Below, one piece after another: positions 28,384 through 38,309 of a DNA stretch of 64,000 bases; position 1 is the first letter of the stretch, and each line of letters starts with the position of its first letter. The stretch is from an uncultured Candidatus Micrarchaeota archaeon (GTDB taxonomy: Archaea; Micrarchaeota; Micrarchaeia; Micrarchaeales; Micrarchaeaceae): assembly GCA_963741095.1 (NCBI GenBank), contig CAVUGN010000009.1, positions 32,001 through 96,000 of the forward strand, given 5' to 3'. A program made the position numbers and the translations under genes. The notes under the pieces were generated by a model, which did not search any database, had not been told where the DNA came from, and worked only from the letters and a program-made list of their open reading frames with translations.

Positions 28384-29613
28384 TTGATGCAGTCTCTTAA
28401 CGACCTACTTGTCGAATCAAAAATCTTTGCCGACAGGGAGGTGCTTTCTCCGCACTACATGCCGAAGAAGCTGCTTTTCCGGGAGAAGGAGATAAACAAC
28501 ATAGAGAAGGCCCTGGCGCCATCTCTCAAGGGCGAACGAGGGAGAAACCTGTTCATCTACGGCAAGACCGGCACCGGCAAGACCTCGTGCACAAAGTATG
28601 TCATCGACGAAGTGAAGAACATACCTAACACGAAGGCAAGGATTTCATACGTCAATTGCAGGATATACAACACGCGCTACAGGGTTCTCAACAAGATAGT
28701 CAGCGACCACCTGCCCACATATGCAAAGCGCGGGTACGGCGCAGTCGATCTGTACGAAAAGCTGACCAGCTGGATAGAAGAAGATAGCAAGATACTGGTC
28801 ATCGCGCTTGACGAGGTCGACGTGGTGAAGGATCTCGACGACCTTGTTTACACCCTCACAAGAATAAACAGCGACATAAAGGCAGGGGGAGTCACGATAA
28901 TGGGCGTATCCAACAAGATCTCATTCAAGGAGATACTAGATCCAAGGAGCCTTTCGACCCTGTACGAGACGGAGCTCGTCTTCCCGCCCTATTACGCAAC
29001 AGAACTTTATGCGATAATAAAGGACAGGGTGCAGCACGGCTTCAAGGCCGACATCGTCAGCGAGGACGTTTTGCATCTCATCGCAGCGACCTCCGCCAAG
29101 GAGGGCGGCGATGCAAGGCTGTCGCTGAAGATACTCTCAAGGGCGGGCGAGCTTGCAGAGGAGCGCGCAAGCAAGGAGGTGACGATCAAGGATGCGGAAG
29201 AGGCCGTCAAGATAGCGGAGAACGAGATAGTCTACGACCTGATAGTCACTCTGCCGGAGCACCACAAGCTTGTCCTGTACTCGATAGCGCTGCTGACGCA
29301 GAGCGGCGGCTCCTACAAGAAACTGACCGACGGTGTTGACACCTATCTTTTCAGCGGGGAGGTCTACAACAGGTACAAGAGCATAACCGAGAGCCTGCAC
29401 AAGGAGGCGAAGAGCGAGAGGTGGTACAGGAAATACCTTTCAGAGCTTGAGATGCAGGGCCTGATCCTGGCGTTCGAGTCCGGAAAGGGCATAAGGGGCC
29501 ACACCAAGCTGATAAAGCTGATGTACCCGCCGCAGAAGACAAAGGAGGTCCTGGAGAAGGACATCTTCGGCTCCGATGCCGCCAAGGAGGTCAAGGAAGA
29601 GGTCAAGCAGTAA
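28384..29613 (+). CDS. cdc6: Orc1/Cdc6 replication initiator
   Basis: YGKTGTGKT, LDEVD, FPPY, GDAR and C-terminal winged helix (GKGIRGHT). Confidence 0.95.
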   Translation: MMQSLNDLLVESKIFADREVLSPHYMPKKLLFREKEINNIEKALAPSLKGERGRNLFIYGKTGTGKTSCTKYVIDEVKNIPNTKARISYVNCRIYNTRYRVLNKIVSDHLPTYAKRGYGAVDLYEKLTSWIEEDSKILVIALDEVDVVKDLDDLVYTLTRINSDIKAGGVTIMGVSNKISFKEILDPRSLSTLYETELVFPPYYATELYAIIKDRVQHGFKADIVSEDVLHLIAATSAKEGGDARLSLKILSRAGELAEERASKEVTIKDAEEAVKIAENEIVYDLIVTLPEHHKLVLYSIALLTQSGGSYKKLTDGVDTYLFSGEVYNRYKSITESLHKEAKSERWYRKYLSELEMQGLILAFESGKGIRGHTKLIKLMYPPQKTKEVLEKDIFGSDAAKEVKEEVKQ

Positions 29614-29623
29614 CGGTGTTCTG

Positions 29624-30145
29624 GTGGACTATTACGACATCGTCATGGATTCCTGCAGCACCGACGAGAAGCTGGCGCAGAGGCTCGGTTTCAAGAAAAT
29701 ATTCTCAACAGGAAAAGACGTAAGGCTCGCGAACCTCAACGACCCAAAGATAAAAGGGGCTTCTGGAGGCATCATAATGGGCGAGGACAAGAACAAGCTC
29801 TTCACCTGCGCAAGGGGGGACGTCAAGGCGGTCATAGTCACCGATTTCAGGATAGACAAGAAGCTGATGGCACACATGGCGGAGAATGACATCGCATTGT
29901 GCATACCACTCAGCACGATAACCTTCAGCTACGGGCTGTCGCGGTCAAGGGCGATATTCATGCTCAACACGCTCTTCACCTACGCAAGAAAGAGCGGCAT
30001 AGATGTCAGCTTCATCACGCTGGCGAGCACGGACATGTACCTTGCATCTGTGATGCAGCTGATCGAGTTGGCGATGCTTGTCGGCGCGGACGAGAAGTAC
30101 GCGAGGCACAGCATCAGCGAAATTAACAGGGCGTTGATCGAATGA
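29624..30145 (+). CDS. Probable RNase P protein Rpp30
   Basis: Position directly upstream of Pop5 in the exosome superoperon, with suitable size; start reassigned to GTG 29624. Confidence 0.65.
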   Translation: MDYYDIVMDSCSTDEKLAQRLGFKKIFSTGKDVRLANLNDPKIKGASGGIIMGEDKNKLFTCARGDVKAVIVTDFRIDKKLMAHMAENDIALCIPLSTITFSYGLSRSRAIFMLNTLFTYARKSGIDVSFITLASTDMYLASVMQLIELAMLVGADEKYARHSISEINRALIE

Positions 30146-30462
30146 TGCGAAGGAAGATCAGGTACATCCTGACCGAATCGGCCAAGCCGGTCTTGGAAAG
30201 CGACAGGTCGCAGTTCGAGCAGCAGCTCTACAGGGCCATGCTGCATTCCATAGGCGAGATCAGCTACCACAGGACCAACCCGAAGATCATGAAGTTCATC
30301 GACAGCAAGACCTTCATACTGCGCTGCAGCCTTGACGGCTACAGCAACGCGCTGCTCGCCCTTTCCATCATAAAGAGGCTTGACGACAAGGAAGCTGCAT
30401 TCTACACCCTCAAGTCCTCGGGAACAATAAAGGCGCTGCTGAAGGAGCCAAAAGCCAAATGA
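30142..30462 (+). CDS. rnp2: RNase P protein Pop5/Rpp14
   Basis: RRKIRYIL N-terminus and SSGTIKAL C-terminal motif. Confidence 0.88.
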   Translation: MMRRKIRYILTESAKPVLESDRSQFEQQLYRAMLHSIGEISYHRTNPKIMKFIDSKTFILRCSLDGYSNALLALSIIKRLDDKEAAFYTLKSSGTIKALLKEPKAK

Positions 30463-30545
30463 CAACTCCATCCTTTCTTCCGCAATTTGCAAAGCCCGTC
30501 GGCAGCTATAAATATTATACGAATTCAAGCCATACCTAAGATCAA

Positions 30546-31064
30546 ATGACCACAGAAGTTCCCATAACAAATTCGTACACCGGCACGCCCTTCACGATAG
30601 AGGATGCTGGGCGCCAGACGAAATACCAAGCCAACAGCTATTCCGGCGCGGGGCTTGATTTTGCGCAGTCAAAGGGCGAAGCAAACAAACTGAGTACGTT
30701 AAACAGCACGCTGGAAAGGATTTTCAAGCTGGAAAGGGGATACTTCGGAAAAGAGGATAGATACGAGCTGCTGCCGGCCAAAGAGGTGAAGCTGGAGATA
30801 GCATCGAAGGGCAAACTGTACCAGTCGCTTAGAAATGTGATGAATCCAGGTGACAAAGGGTACCTATTGGACGAAGTAGCAGAAAAGGCCTCTTTGGCAA
30901 CGTGCGTGTATCGTACGTCATCGCCGGATGAACCTCTTATCCTTGTCACCGGCAAGCCTGACGTTGCCGTCAAAACAGTTATCATGAGATGCACAGAACC
31001 CGGCAACAAGGCTGTTTCCCCGCAAGCCGAAACAGAGAACCTGCTCCGGCCAAAAGAAGACTAA
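30546..31064 (+). CDS. Hypothetical protein (first gene of the island between pop5 and psmA)
   Basis: 172-codon ORF with TATAAATA upstream; no recognisable motif. Confidence 0.65.
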   Translation: MTTEVPITNSYTGTPFTIEDAGRQTKYQANSYSGAGLDFAQSKGEANKLSTLNSTLERIFKLERGYFGKEDRYELLPAKEVKLEIASKGKLYQSLRNVMNPGDKGYLLDEVAEKASLATCVYRTSSPDEPLILVTGKPDVAVKTVIMRCTEPGNKAVSPQAETENLLRPKED

Positions 31065-31233
31065 ACTACTCCTACTTCTACGATTGACGAAGGCCGTCGG
31101 GAGGCATAAATATCAGGAAACCGCAAATTCATGTGATATCATACCAACAATCAGGGCAGCGACTGCACTAACGCGAGTAGCCGCAAGCGGGAAGGCAACG
31201 GCATGCTAGCACAGACCTTCTCATGGAGATAAG

Positions 31234-31785
31234 ATGGAAAGCAATGCAAACAAGGACGGAAAGATGACTCCAGACAGAGTGGACGCGATAAAGATCTTCC
31301 TCAGGGGGGTTGAAGCAAATGGTGGCATCCCCGATAAAGCCGCGGTATCGCAAGAAAAAGCAAAAAAGCCTGTTCTGAGCAAGGACGAGGCAAAAAAACT
31401 CGGCTTGGAGTTGATCACAGAGTCGAAAAAGCTGGATGCAAACCTCAACACAATTAAGGAGCTGTTATCCGAAGGGGCGGACATAAACGCCCAAAACGAT
31501 ACCGGCATGACGGCGCTGATGTGGGCGTCTTCATGGGGCAATGGAGAGGTTATTGAGATATTGTTACGCGGCGGAACCGATGTGAACTTGAGAAAGTGGG
31601 ATGGAAGCACGGCTCTGATGTACGCTTCGGCGGACGACCACGAGGAGGCAGTCAAAACGCTACTAAACCACGGGGCGAGCGTGGACTGCAGGAGCGCGAA
31701 TGGCAAAGATGCCATAAGTTACGCCAAAACAGAAAGCACAAGGAAGCTACTTGTGGATGCGCTGCACAAAGAATCGGCATGGTAA
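31234..31785 (+). CDS. Ankyrin-repeat protein with shared N-terminal leader
   Basis: GADINA..DTGMTALMWAS and GSTALMYAS ankyrin repeats. Confidence 0.9.
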   Translation: MESNANKDGKMTPDRVDAIKIFLRGVEANGGIPDKAAVSQEKAKKPVLSKDEAKKLGLELITESKKLDANLNTIKELLSEGADINAQNDTGMTALMWASSWGNGEVIEILLRGGTDVNLRKWDGSTALMYASADDHEEAVKTLLNHGASVDCRSANGKDAISYAKTESTRKLLVDALHKESAW

Positions 31786-31786
31786 G

Positions 31787-32599
31787 ATGGAAACCAACGC
31801 GAACCAGGACGGAAAGATGACCACGCAAAGAGCGGAAACGATAAAAGCATTCATCAGAAGCGTGGAGGGGGCATTTGAAAATGCAATCAACAAAGAAATT
31901 GCGGGATCGGGGATCAGTGCAAGGATGTTCGTCGATAAGAAGGAGGCAAAAAGGCTTGGAAAAGAGCTGGTCGAAGAGGTAAAAAAGGATGTTGCGGGCA
32001 TCGACAGAATCAAAGAACTCATACGCAACGGAGCAGATTTAAACGCGAAAAACCAGATCGACATGTCCGCTCTTATGTACGCTTCTTGGTATGACCAAAA
32101 AGAGATTGTTAAGATATTAATCGACAACGGCGCAGACGTCAATCTAGGAAATAAATTTGACAATACAGCGCTTCAGTTTGCTTCAAGGATGGGGCACATA
32201 GAAACGGTCGAAATACTACTGACCAAAGGCGTCAATGTGAAAAAGTATGATCAAGGCGCGAAGTCATTGATCGAAGCTTCATTGCTCAATCACAGAGAAA
32301 TCACTGAAATTATGATACGCAGCCACGTAAATCTGGATAAAATGGACAGAACTGGAATGACTGCGCTGATGCGCGCTTCAGAGGGAGGGCACAAAGAGAT
32401 TGTCGAGATATTGATGTGCGCCGGCGCCGACGTGAACCTGAAGAGCGGTCTAGACAATAATCGAAAAGAACTTGCCAAAATCTTCCCAAGTACCCGTACT
32501 CGGGTCAACCAGAGCAATGATGGCGGTAAGACCGCTGCAGATTACGCTAAAAACGAAGAAATAAAAAAAATGCTCGAAGACGCGGCAAAGTGCAAATGA
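31787..32599 (+). CDS. Ankyrin-repeat protein with shared N-terminal leader
   Basis: Start reassigned to ATG 31787 (METNANQDGK); SALMYAS, TALQFAS, TALMRAS and GKTAADYA repeats. Confidence 0.9.
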   Translation: METNANQDGKMTTQRAETIKAFIRSVEGAFENAINKEIAGSGISARMFVDKKEAKRLGKELVEEVKKDVAGIDRIKELIRNGADLNAKNQIDMSALMYASWYDQKEIVKILIDNGADVNLGNKFDNTALQFASRMGHIETVEILLTKGVNVKKYDQGAKSLIEASLLNHREITEIMIRSHVNLDKMDRTGMTALMRASEGGHKEIVEILMCAGADVNLKSGLDNNRKELAKIFPSTRTRVNQSNDGGKTAADYAKNEEIKKMLEDAAKCK

Positions 32600-32600
32600 G

Positions 32601-33212
32601 ATGGAACGCAACGCAGACAACAATGGAAGGATGACTACGCAGAGGGCGGACGCGATTAAGGCATTCGTCAGGGAATCGAAGGAGATCCTGGCAAATTTAC
32701 CAATACCCTCGGGCTTTAACGAAATAAAACGTTCAAGCAAGCCCTCATTATTTTATTCGGCGCGGAAGGCGAATTATCCCGAGACAACCAAAATCCTCAC
32801 CGAAGCTGGGCTTAAGGCGATCAATTATAAAGAGGCGCTATCATCGGCACAAGAATTAATCGGAACGCTGGCAGAAAAATATGGTAAACCAGAGACCTTG
32901 AATGGAAGATGGTTCTACTTAGGAGGCAGCAGCATCTCTGGCCCCAAAGGAATGAGAAAATATGCTGCATACACCGTCACGTTTAATGCACGCGGCGAAC
33001 TCTTACCCCTAACTGGAAAAGAAAAGAGTTTCGACCAGATGGTCAGCCTGTTCCCCGGCCGTGGTAGGATCGCTCTTAGCATCTATCCCGAATACTTCGG
33101 CATCAATCGATTCACCCTGGGCGTAGACGATAAAGGCAGGCGTGACATTGCTCCATTGGTGGTCGGCCTTAGGGAAGAAGATGCCGTGAAGCAGGGGTCT
33201 GTGCAGCCGTAA
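32601..33212 (+). CDS. Hypothetical protein with shared N-terminal leader; probable distant paralog of the DGR target
   Basis: Leader MERNADNNGRMTTQRADAIKAF; C-terminal half aligns by eye with the protein at 53556-54170. Confidence 0.7.
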   Translation: MERNADNNGRMTTQRADAIKAFVRESKEILANLPIPSGFNEIKRSSKPSLFYSARKANYPETTKILTEAGLKAINYKEALSSAQELIGTLAEKYGKPETLNGRWFYLGGSSISGPKGMRKYAAYTVTFNARGELLPLTGKEKSFDQMVSLFPGRGRIALSIYPEYFGINRFTLGVDDKGRRDIAPLVVGLREEDAVKQGSVQP

Positions 33213-33360
33213 ATGCTGCCCAAAGGCCCACATCCGTGAAGTGCTTACCCTACCCGTTTCACATAGCCTTCCATGCCAGGCAAAAGGCTATAAATGTTGG
33301 CGCAGAGTATATTATTCTACTTATCACTGATAGATAATTAGCGTTAAAACGGTGAATATA

Positions 33361-34056
33361 ATGTATCCAAACGTGCAGGCATACGACAGGGGTGTGATGT
33401 TCAGCCCGGACGGCCGGCTCTTCCAAGTCGAGTACGCGAAAGAGGCAGTCAGGAAGGGTGCTACTTCAATAGGCATAACGACGACAGAAGCGGTTGTCCT
33501 GCTGGCCCATAAGCCCAACCTGGACCCTCTGGCGCTGCCAAGCACGAGCCAGAAGATATTCAGGATAGACTCATACATAGGCGCCACTTACAGCGGGCTG
33601 GTCTCAGACGGCCTGCACGTCATAAACACCATGCGCGGCAAGACGCAGAGCCACCGCATGGTCTACGATGAGACCGAGTCTGTGGAATCGGTCGCAAAGG
33701 AGATCTCGGAAGAGATGCAGATGGCCACGCAGTACGGCGGAATAAGGCCCTATGCCATATCATTGCTGATAGGCGGCATAGACAGCAAGCCAAGGCTATT
33801 CGAGATAGAGCCAGGAGCTTCGTACCTGGGATACATGGCTGACGCCATCGGGTCGGGTAAGAAGCTGGCCGGCGACATGCTGCTCAAGGGCTACAAGGAA
33901 GGCATGAGCATAGATGACGCGATAAACCTTGGAGTTAGCATAATAAATAAGGTCAACGAGGCAAAACTCACCGAAAACAACATCGACATCGCAACGATAA
34001 AGAAGGATGTCGGTTTCGAGGCTTTTGGGCCGGAGAAGGTAATGAAATACCTCTGA
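33361..34056 (+). CDS. psmA: Proteasome alpha subunit
   Basis: YDRGVMFSPDGRLFQVEYAKEAV signature. Confidence 0.97.
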   Translation: MYPNVQAYDRGVMFSPDGRLFQVEYAKEAVRKGATSIGITTTEAVVLLAHKPNLDPLALPSTSQKIFRIDSYIGATYSGLVSDGLHVINTMRGKTQSHRMVYDETESVESVAKEISEEMQMATQYGGIRPYAISLLIGGIDSKPRLFEIEPGASYLGYMADAIGSGKKLAGDMLLKGYKEGMSIDDAINLGVSIINKVNEAKLTENNIDIATIKKDVGFEAFGPEKVMKYL

Positions 34057-34066
34057 CCGCAGCATA

Positions 34067-34762
34067 GTGAAAGTCATGGCTCCTTCAAAAACAGTGATAG
34101 TAAAGGTCAGCAAGAACGGGGACGATTTCGAGATATTCGTAAACGCCGACATGGCCTACGAATACATAACCGGCAAGCGAAGCGACCCGATGAGCGTGCT
34201 CGAGGACGAGGAGATCTTCAAGGACGCACGGAAGGGGGAGCGCCAGAGCCCCGAGAAGGTCAAGAAGGCCTTCGGGACCAATGAATTGCAGAAGGTCATA
34301 GAGGCCATACTCAAGAGCGGAAACGTGCCCATAACAACTGAGCAAAGGCACCAGCTCACCGAAGAGAAGAGGAAGCAGATAATAAACATAATCGCAACCA
34401 ACTCCATCGATCCGAGGACGAATGCTCCCAACCCACCAACAAGGGTCGAGAACGCGATGGAGGAGGCAAGAGTTTCGATAGATCCGTTAAAGAACGCGAC
34501 CGAGCAGGTTGATGCGGTCGTGAAGAAGATAAGCGTGATAATGCCGATAAAGTTCACCACGGCGAAGATAGAGGTCACGATACCGCCGGAATTCACCAAC
34601 AGGTCCTACAGCGTGCTCAAGAGGTACGGGCTGAAGTCGGAGAAGTGGCTTAGCAACGGAAGCCTCCAAGCCCTTCTTGAGTTCCCTGCGGGCATGCAGA
34701 CCGAATTCTTCGACAGGATAAACAGCGCAACACAGGGAAAAGCTGAGGTCAAGATTTTATGA
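34067..34762 (+). CDS. Ribosome maturation protein SBDS/Sdo1
   Basis: FEIFV, IFKDARKG, TTEQR and IDPRTNAP motifs; conserved gene order. Confidence 0.95.
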   Translation: MKVMAPSKTVIVKVSKNGDDFEIFVNADMAYEYITGKRSDPMSVLEDEEIFKDARKGERQSPEKVKKAFGTNELQKVIEAILKSGNVPITTEQRHQLTEEKRKQIINIIATNSIDPRTNAPNPPTRVENAMEEARVSIDPLKNATEQVDAVVKKISVIMPIKFTTAKIEVTIPPEFTNRSYSVLKRYGLKSEKWLSNGSLQALLEFPAGMQTEFFDRINSATQGKAEVKIL

Positions 34763-35367
34763 GGCGCATAGTACTACCGGGAGAGCAGATCTCAGAGAAA
34801 CCGATCCGAGTCGCGAACGGCTTCACCCAGGGCGGCAAGGCATACTCGAAGATACTCGGGCTCTACGAGGACCAGGATCGCGAGGTCGTGCCCTTAGAGG
34901 GAGTCTGGGAGCCGCACATCGGAGACACTGTAGTCGGCATCATATCGGAAAGCAAGAACAAGGTCTACGGAGTCGATCTTTCATACTTCAAGAGGAGCAT
35001 ACTGGTCACGAGCAAGTTCGACCGTTACGAGTTCATGTACGGAGACATCGTCGAGGCCTCGATAAAGGACATCGAGGGCAACAAGACGATAATACTGTCG
35101 GAGCCCAAGCTCCTGCACGGGGGCATGCTGCTGAAGATAAAGCCGGTCAAGGTTCCAAGGGTAATAGGGAAACAGAACACGATGGTCAAGCAGATCATAG
35201 AGGCAACGCAGTCGGAGATAGTGGTCGGGGTCAACGGGATAATCTGGATAAACGGCGGCAACGACACGCTCGCGATAGAGGCGATATTGAGGATAGAGAA
35301 CGAGGCGCACGTGCCCGGGCTCACCGAACGGATAAAGAGAATGCTAGAAACAAAAGAGGTTAATTAA
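34759..35367 (+). CDS. rrp4: Exosome RNA-binding subunit Rrp4
   Basis: IVLPGE, VVPLEG, KVPRVIGK and VGVNGIIWI. Confidence 0.93.
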   Translation: MRRIVLPGEQISEKPIRVANGFTQGGKAYSKILGLYEDQDREVVPLEGVWEPHIGDTVVGIISESKNKVYGVDLSYFKRSILVTSKFDRYEFMYGDIVEASIKDIEGNKTIILSEPKLLHGGMLLKIKPVKVPRVIGKQNTMVKQIIEATQSEIVVGVNGIIWINGGNDTLAIEAILRIENEAHVPGLTERIKRMLETKEVN

Positions 35368-36117
35368 ATGGTAGCGAAAACCGACAAAAAAGAGCTCGTA
35401 AAGGACGGCAAGAGGATGGACGGAAGGGCCTTTGACGAGATGAGGAAGATAAAGATAACCGCTTCGGTGCTCAAGAACGCCGACGGCTCTGCGTACATAG
35501 AGTGGGGCAACAACAAGGTGCTCGCAGCGGTGTACGGGCCGAAGGAGGTCATGCCAAAGCATTTGACAGACCCATCGAAGGCGATAATCAAGTGCAGGTA
35601 CTCGATGGCGCCGTTCTCGAACGTTGAGGACCACGGCCGTTCTGCTCCGTCAAGGAGGAGCATCGAGATATCGAAGGTCATAAAGGAGGCCTTCGAGAAC
35701 GTGGTTCTGCTGGGCGAGTTCCCGGGCAGCGAGATAGACATATTCATCGAAGTGCTTCAGGGCGACGGCGGCACAAGGGCTGCGGGCCTCACTGCCGCTT
35801 CGGTCGCGCTTGCAAGCGCGGGAATACCGATGAAGGACCTGATCTACGCGGTCTCGGTGGGCCGCATAGGCGAGCACGTCACGATAGACTTCGACATGAT
35901 CGAGGACAACTACTCGGACAGCGACATGCCCATAGCGATTGCGCCAAGGAACAACGACATAGTGCTGTTGCAGATGGACGGCGGATTGACGAGAAGCCAG
36001 TTCGCGCAGGCCGTCAAGATGGCGGTCGATGCCGGGAAGACGATAAGCGAGCTGCAGAAGAACGCGCTGAGGGACGTGTACGCGAAGGTTGCAGAGAAGT
36101 ACGAAAAGGGTAATTAG
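35368..36117 (+). CDS. rrp41: Exosome exonuclease Rrp41
   Basis: R.DGR, ADGSA, YSMAPFS and DGGTR. Confidence 0.96.
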   Translation: MVAKTDKKELVKDGKRMDGRAFDEMRKIKITASVLKNADGSAYIEWGNNKVLAAVYGPKEVMPKHLTDPSKAIIKCRYSMAPFSNVEDHGRSAPSRRSIEISKVIKEAFENVVLLGEFPGSEIDIFIEVLQGDGGTRAAGLTAASVALASAGIPMKDLIYAVSVGRIGEHVTIDFDMIEDNYSDSDMPIAIAPRNNDIVLLQMDGGLTRSQFAQAVKMAVDAGKTISELQKNALRDVYAKVAEKYEKGN

Positions 36118-36897
36118 ATGGACGCGATCGACATAGTCAAGGTAAACTACATCAAGGAGCTTCTTGCGAAGAAGACGCGAGAGGACGGAAGGGAGATGCT
36201 GGCGATGCGGCCCATATCGGTCCTAAAGAGCCCGATAGAGCACGCAGAGGGCTCTGCACAGGCCGACATAGGCGCCACAAGGGTTCTGGCCGGAGTCAAG
36301 CTGATGGTCGAGGAGCCGATGAAGGACACGCCGCTGCAGGGAAGCCTGAGCGTCTCCGCTGAGCTGCTGCCTCTGGCATCAGCTGATTACGAAACCGGGC
36401 CGCCAAGCCCAGAGTCAATAGAATTCGCAAGAGTGGTCGACAGGGGCATACGAGCCGGAGAATGCATAAACCTTCCCGAGCTGTTCATAGAGGAGGGCAA
36501 GGTCTGGTGCGTCTACGTCGATCTTTACGTGCTTAATTACGATGGCAACCTCTTCGACGCCGGCTCTCTGGCTGCGATGAGCGCGCTTTACAGGACGCGC
36601 ATGCCGAAGTACGAGGACGAGAAGGTCATAAGGGGAGAGACCTCGAAGCAGCTGAAGATAGACAACGTAATAACCTCCACAACCTTCGCGAAGATAGGCG
36701 GCAACATACTTCTCGATCCTACGAAGAACGAGCAGGATGCGACCGATGCAAGGCTGACCATCGCGACAGACGACGAGAACATAAGGGCGATGCAGAAGGG
36801 CCTGAGCGGCAGCTTCTCCGTCAAGGAGGTGAGCGAGCTGGTCGAGGAATCCTTTAAGAAGCACAAGGAGCTTAAAAGTTATACAACCGTTGATTGA
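36118..36897 (+). CDS. rrp42: Exosome subunit Rrp42
   Basis: REDGR, AEGSA, ARVVDRGIR and YDGNLFDA. Confidence 0.96.
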   Translation: MDAIDIVKVNYIKELLAKKTREDGREMLAMRPISVLKSPIEHAEGSAQADIGATRVLAGVKLMVEEPMKDTPLQGSLSVSAELLPLASADYETGPPSPESIEFARVVDRGIRAGECINLPELFIEEGKVWCVYVDLYVLNYDGNLFDAGSLAAMSALYRTRMPKYEDEKVIRGETSKQLKIDNVITSTTFAKIGGNILLDPTKNEQDATDARLTIATDDENIRAMQKGLSGSFSVKEVSELVEESFKKHKELKSYTTVD

Positions 36898-37137
36898 ATG
36901 GCAAACTACAGCATAAGATACGGAGCCAGCCTCAGGAAGAGGAACGCCGAGATAAAGCGAGAGAAGACCGCGCACTACAAGTGCGAAGCGTGCGGCAAGA
37001 TGACGGTCAAGCGCATAAGCACCAGCATATGGAAGTGCAAGCACTGCGGCAAGACCTATGCGGGCGGAGCGTACACAATGACAACGCCGGCAGGAGAGGC
37101 CGCAAAGAGGCTAATCTCGGAGATGGCAAAGAAGTGA
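36898..37137 (+). CDS. rpl37ae: 50S ribosomal protein L37Ae (eL43)
   Basis: RYGASLRK, CxxC...IW.CxxC and AGGAY. Confidence 0.95.
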   Translation: MANYSIRYGASLRKRNAEIKREKTAHYKCEACGKMTVKRISTSIWKCKHCGKTYAGGAYTMTTPAGEAAKRLISEMAKK

Positions 37138-37141
37138 ACTG

Positions 37142-37504
37142 ATGGTAAAGGTAACGTTCTCGCCGGTCAAGGAGCTGGTCGTCCACGAAGCGGTCAGGCT
37201 CGGCTACGAGGATCTGCTGATGGAGCGGATAACCCCATCGGGCAACATGCCGCTCTACTGGTGCAATGGGCTGTTGTTCAGCTTCTCGTCGGTGCCGATG
37301 ACGAGGGACATAATAAAGGACTACCTCAACGGCACGATACACTGGATGGAGATACACTACACGGAAATGCAGGACTACAAGCCCATCCTCGAAGTCAACG
37401 ACGAGAACTACAAGGCGATGCTCAAGATAAAGGTGATAGACACGAGCAAGTCCTTGCTCCACAGCGACGTCACCAAATGGCTGAAGGGCAATAAAAAAGA
37501 ATGA
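37142..37504 (+). CDS. Conserved archaeal hypothetical protein
   Basis: Host-like codon usage, operonic position, P.KELVVHE and LYWCNG segments. Confidence 0.75.
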   Translation: MVKVTFSPVKELVVHEAVRLGYEDLLMERITPSGNMPLYWCNGLLFSFSSVPMTRDIIKDYLNGTIHWMEIHYTEMQDYKPILEVNDENYKAMLKIKVIDTSKSLLHSDVTKWLKGNKKE

Positions 37505-37513
37505 TGTGGCAGA

Positions 37514-38068
37514 ATGGAAACCAAATCACCGCAAAAGTCGGCACAGGATCAAAGCCCTAGCATAGCCGCATCAAGCCGCATCTCCAATTTCCATTTGAAC
37601 GACGGGGCGAAGTGGGGCGATTACGGCGCCAGACGCCACATGGCGGAAGTCGAAGGGAGGATAACGCACGCAATCCCGACCTACATCGGGACATGGTCCC
37701 CAAATTATCCGACCACTGGCCTGTTCGAGATGTTCGTAGAGAAAAGAGTCGGAGTGCGAATATCTGGCACGATAAAAGACGTCATAGGCACTGCAAGCTT
37801 TGATGGAATAATCAGGAGCAACACAGTACATGATGGAATAATCGGGGCTACCACGATACATTTTTCGAAGCAGTATGACCAAGATGCGATACTGATCGGC
37901 GGCGAAAAGAACCCCATACACTACAAAGGAAAGCAAAAAGACGGGCGGACAATCGGCACCTATACGTTCGAAAGCGATAAAACAGATATAAGACCGTTCT
38001 GGATGTATGAGTTCGAGAAAGTGGCGGGGTCTGTATACCAATTATTGAGGGCTGATAAAACATTGTGA
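37514..38068 (+). CDS. Hypothetical protein between the L37Ae region and rpoP
   Basis: 184-codon co-oriented ORF; no function recognised. Confidence 0.65.
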   Translation: METKSPQKSAQDQSPSIAASSRISNFHLNDGAKWGDYGARRHMAEVEGRITHAIPTYIGTWSPNYPTTGLFEMFVEKRVGVRISGTIKDVIGTASFDGIIRSNTVHDGIIGATTIHFSKQYDQDAILIGGEKNPIHYKGKQKDGRTIGTYTFESDKTDIRPFWMYEFEKVAGSVYQLLRADKTL

Positions 38069-38078
38069 TGTTGATACT

Positions 38079-38210
38079 ATGGCTTACGTATGCGCATATT
38101 GCGGAAAGAAGGCAAAGCAGTTGGACAACTTCATCAGATGCTCCTACTGCGGATACAGGATACTGATAAAGGGAAGAACCAATCTGGCGCGGGAAGTCTC
38201 CACTGATTAG
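38079..38210 (+). CDS. rpoP: RNA polymerase subunit Rpo12 (P); not in the ORF track
   Basis: MAYVCAYCGK...IRCSYCGYRILIKGR (43 aa); expected position after L37Ae. Confidence 0.93.
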   Translation: MAYVCAYCGKKAKQLDNFIRCSYCGYRILIKGRTNLAREVSTD

Positions 38211-38309
38211 ACTCCCACAACGCTGCGGTCATCAGCTGCCTGTTCGTCCTTAAACCGCAGAATACACTTTCAGGAAAAGCTCTGATGCGAGCTTAAGCTC
38301 GCAAAAGGC

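Noticed and set aside
33060-33170. Second active VR for the TR
   Set aside because: Too many non-adenine mismatches and no downstream GAA hairpin; kept only as a protein-level paralog.
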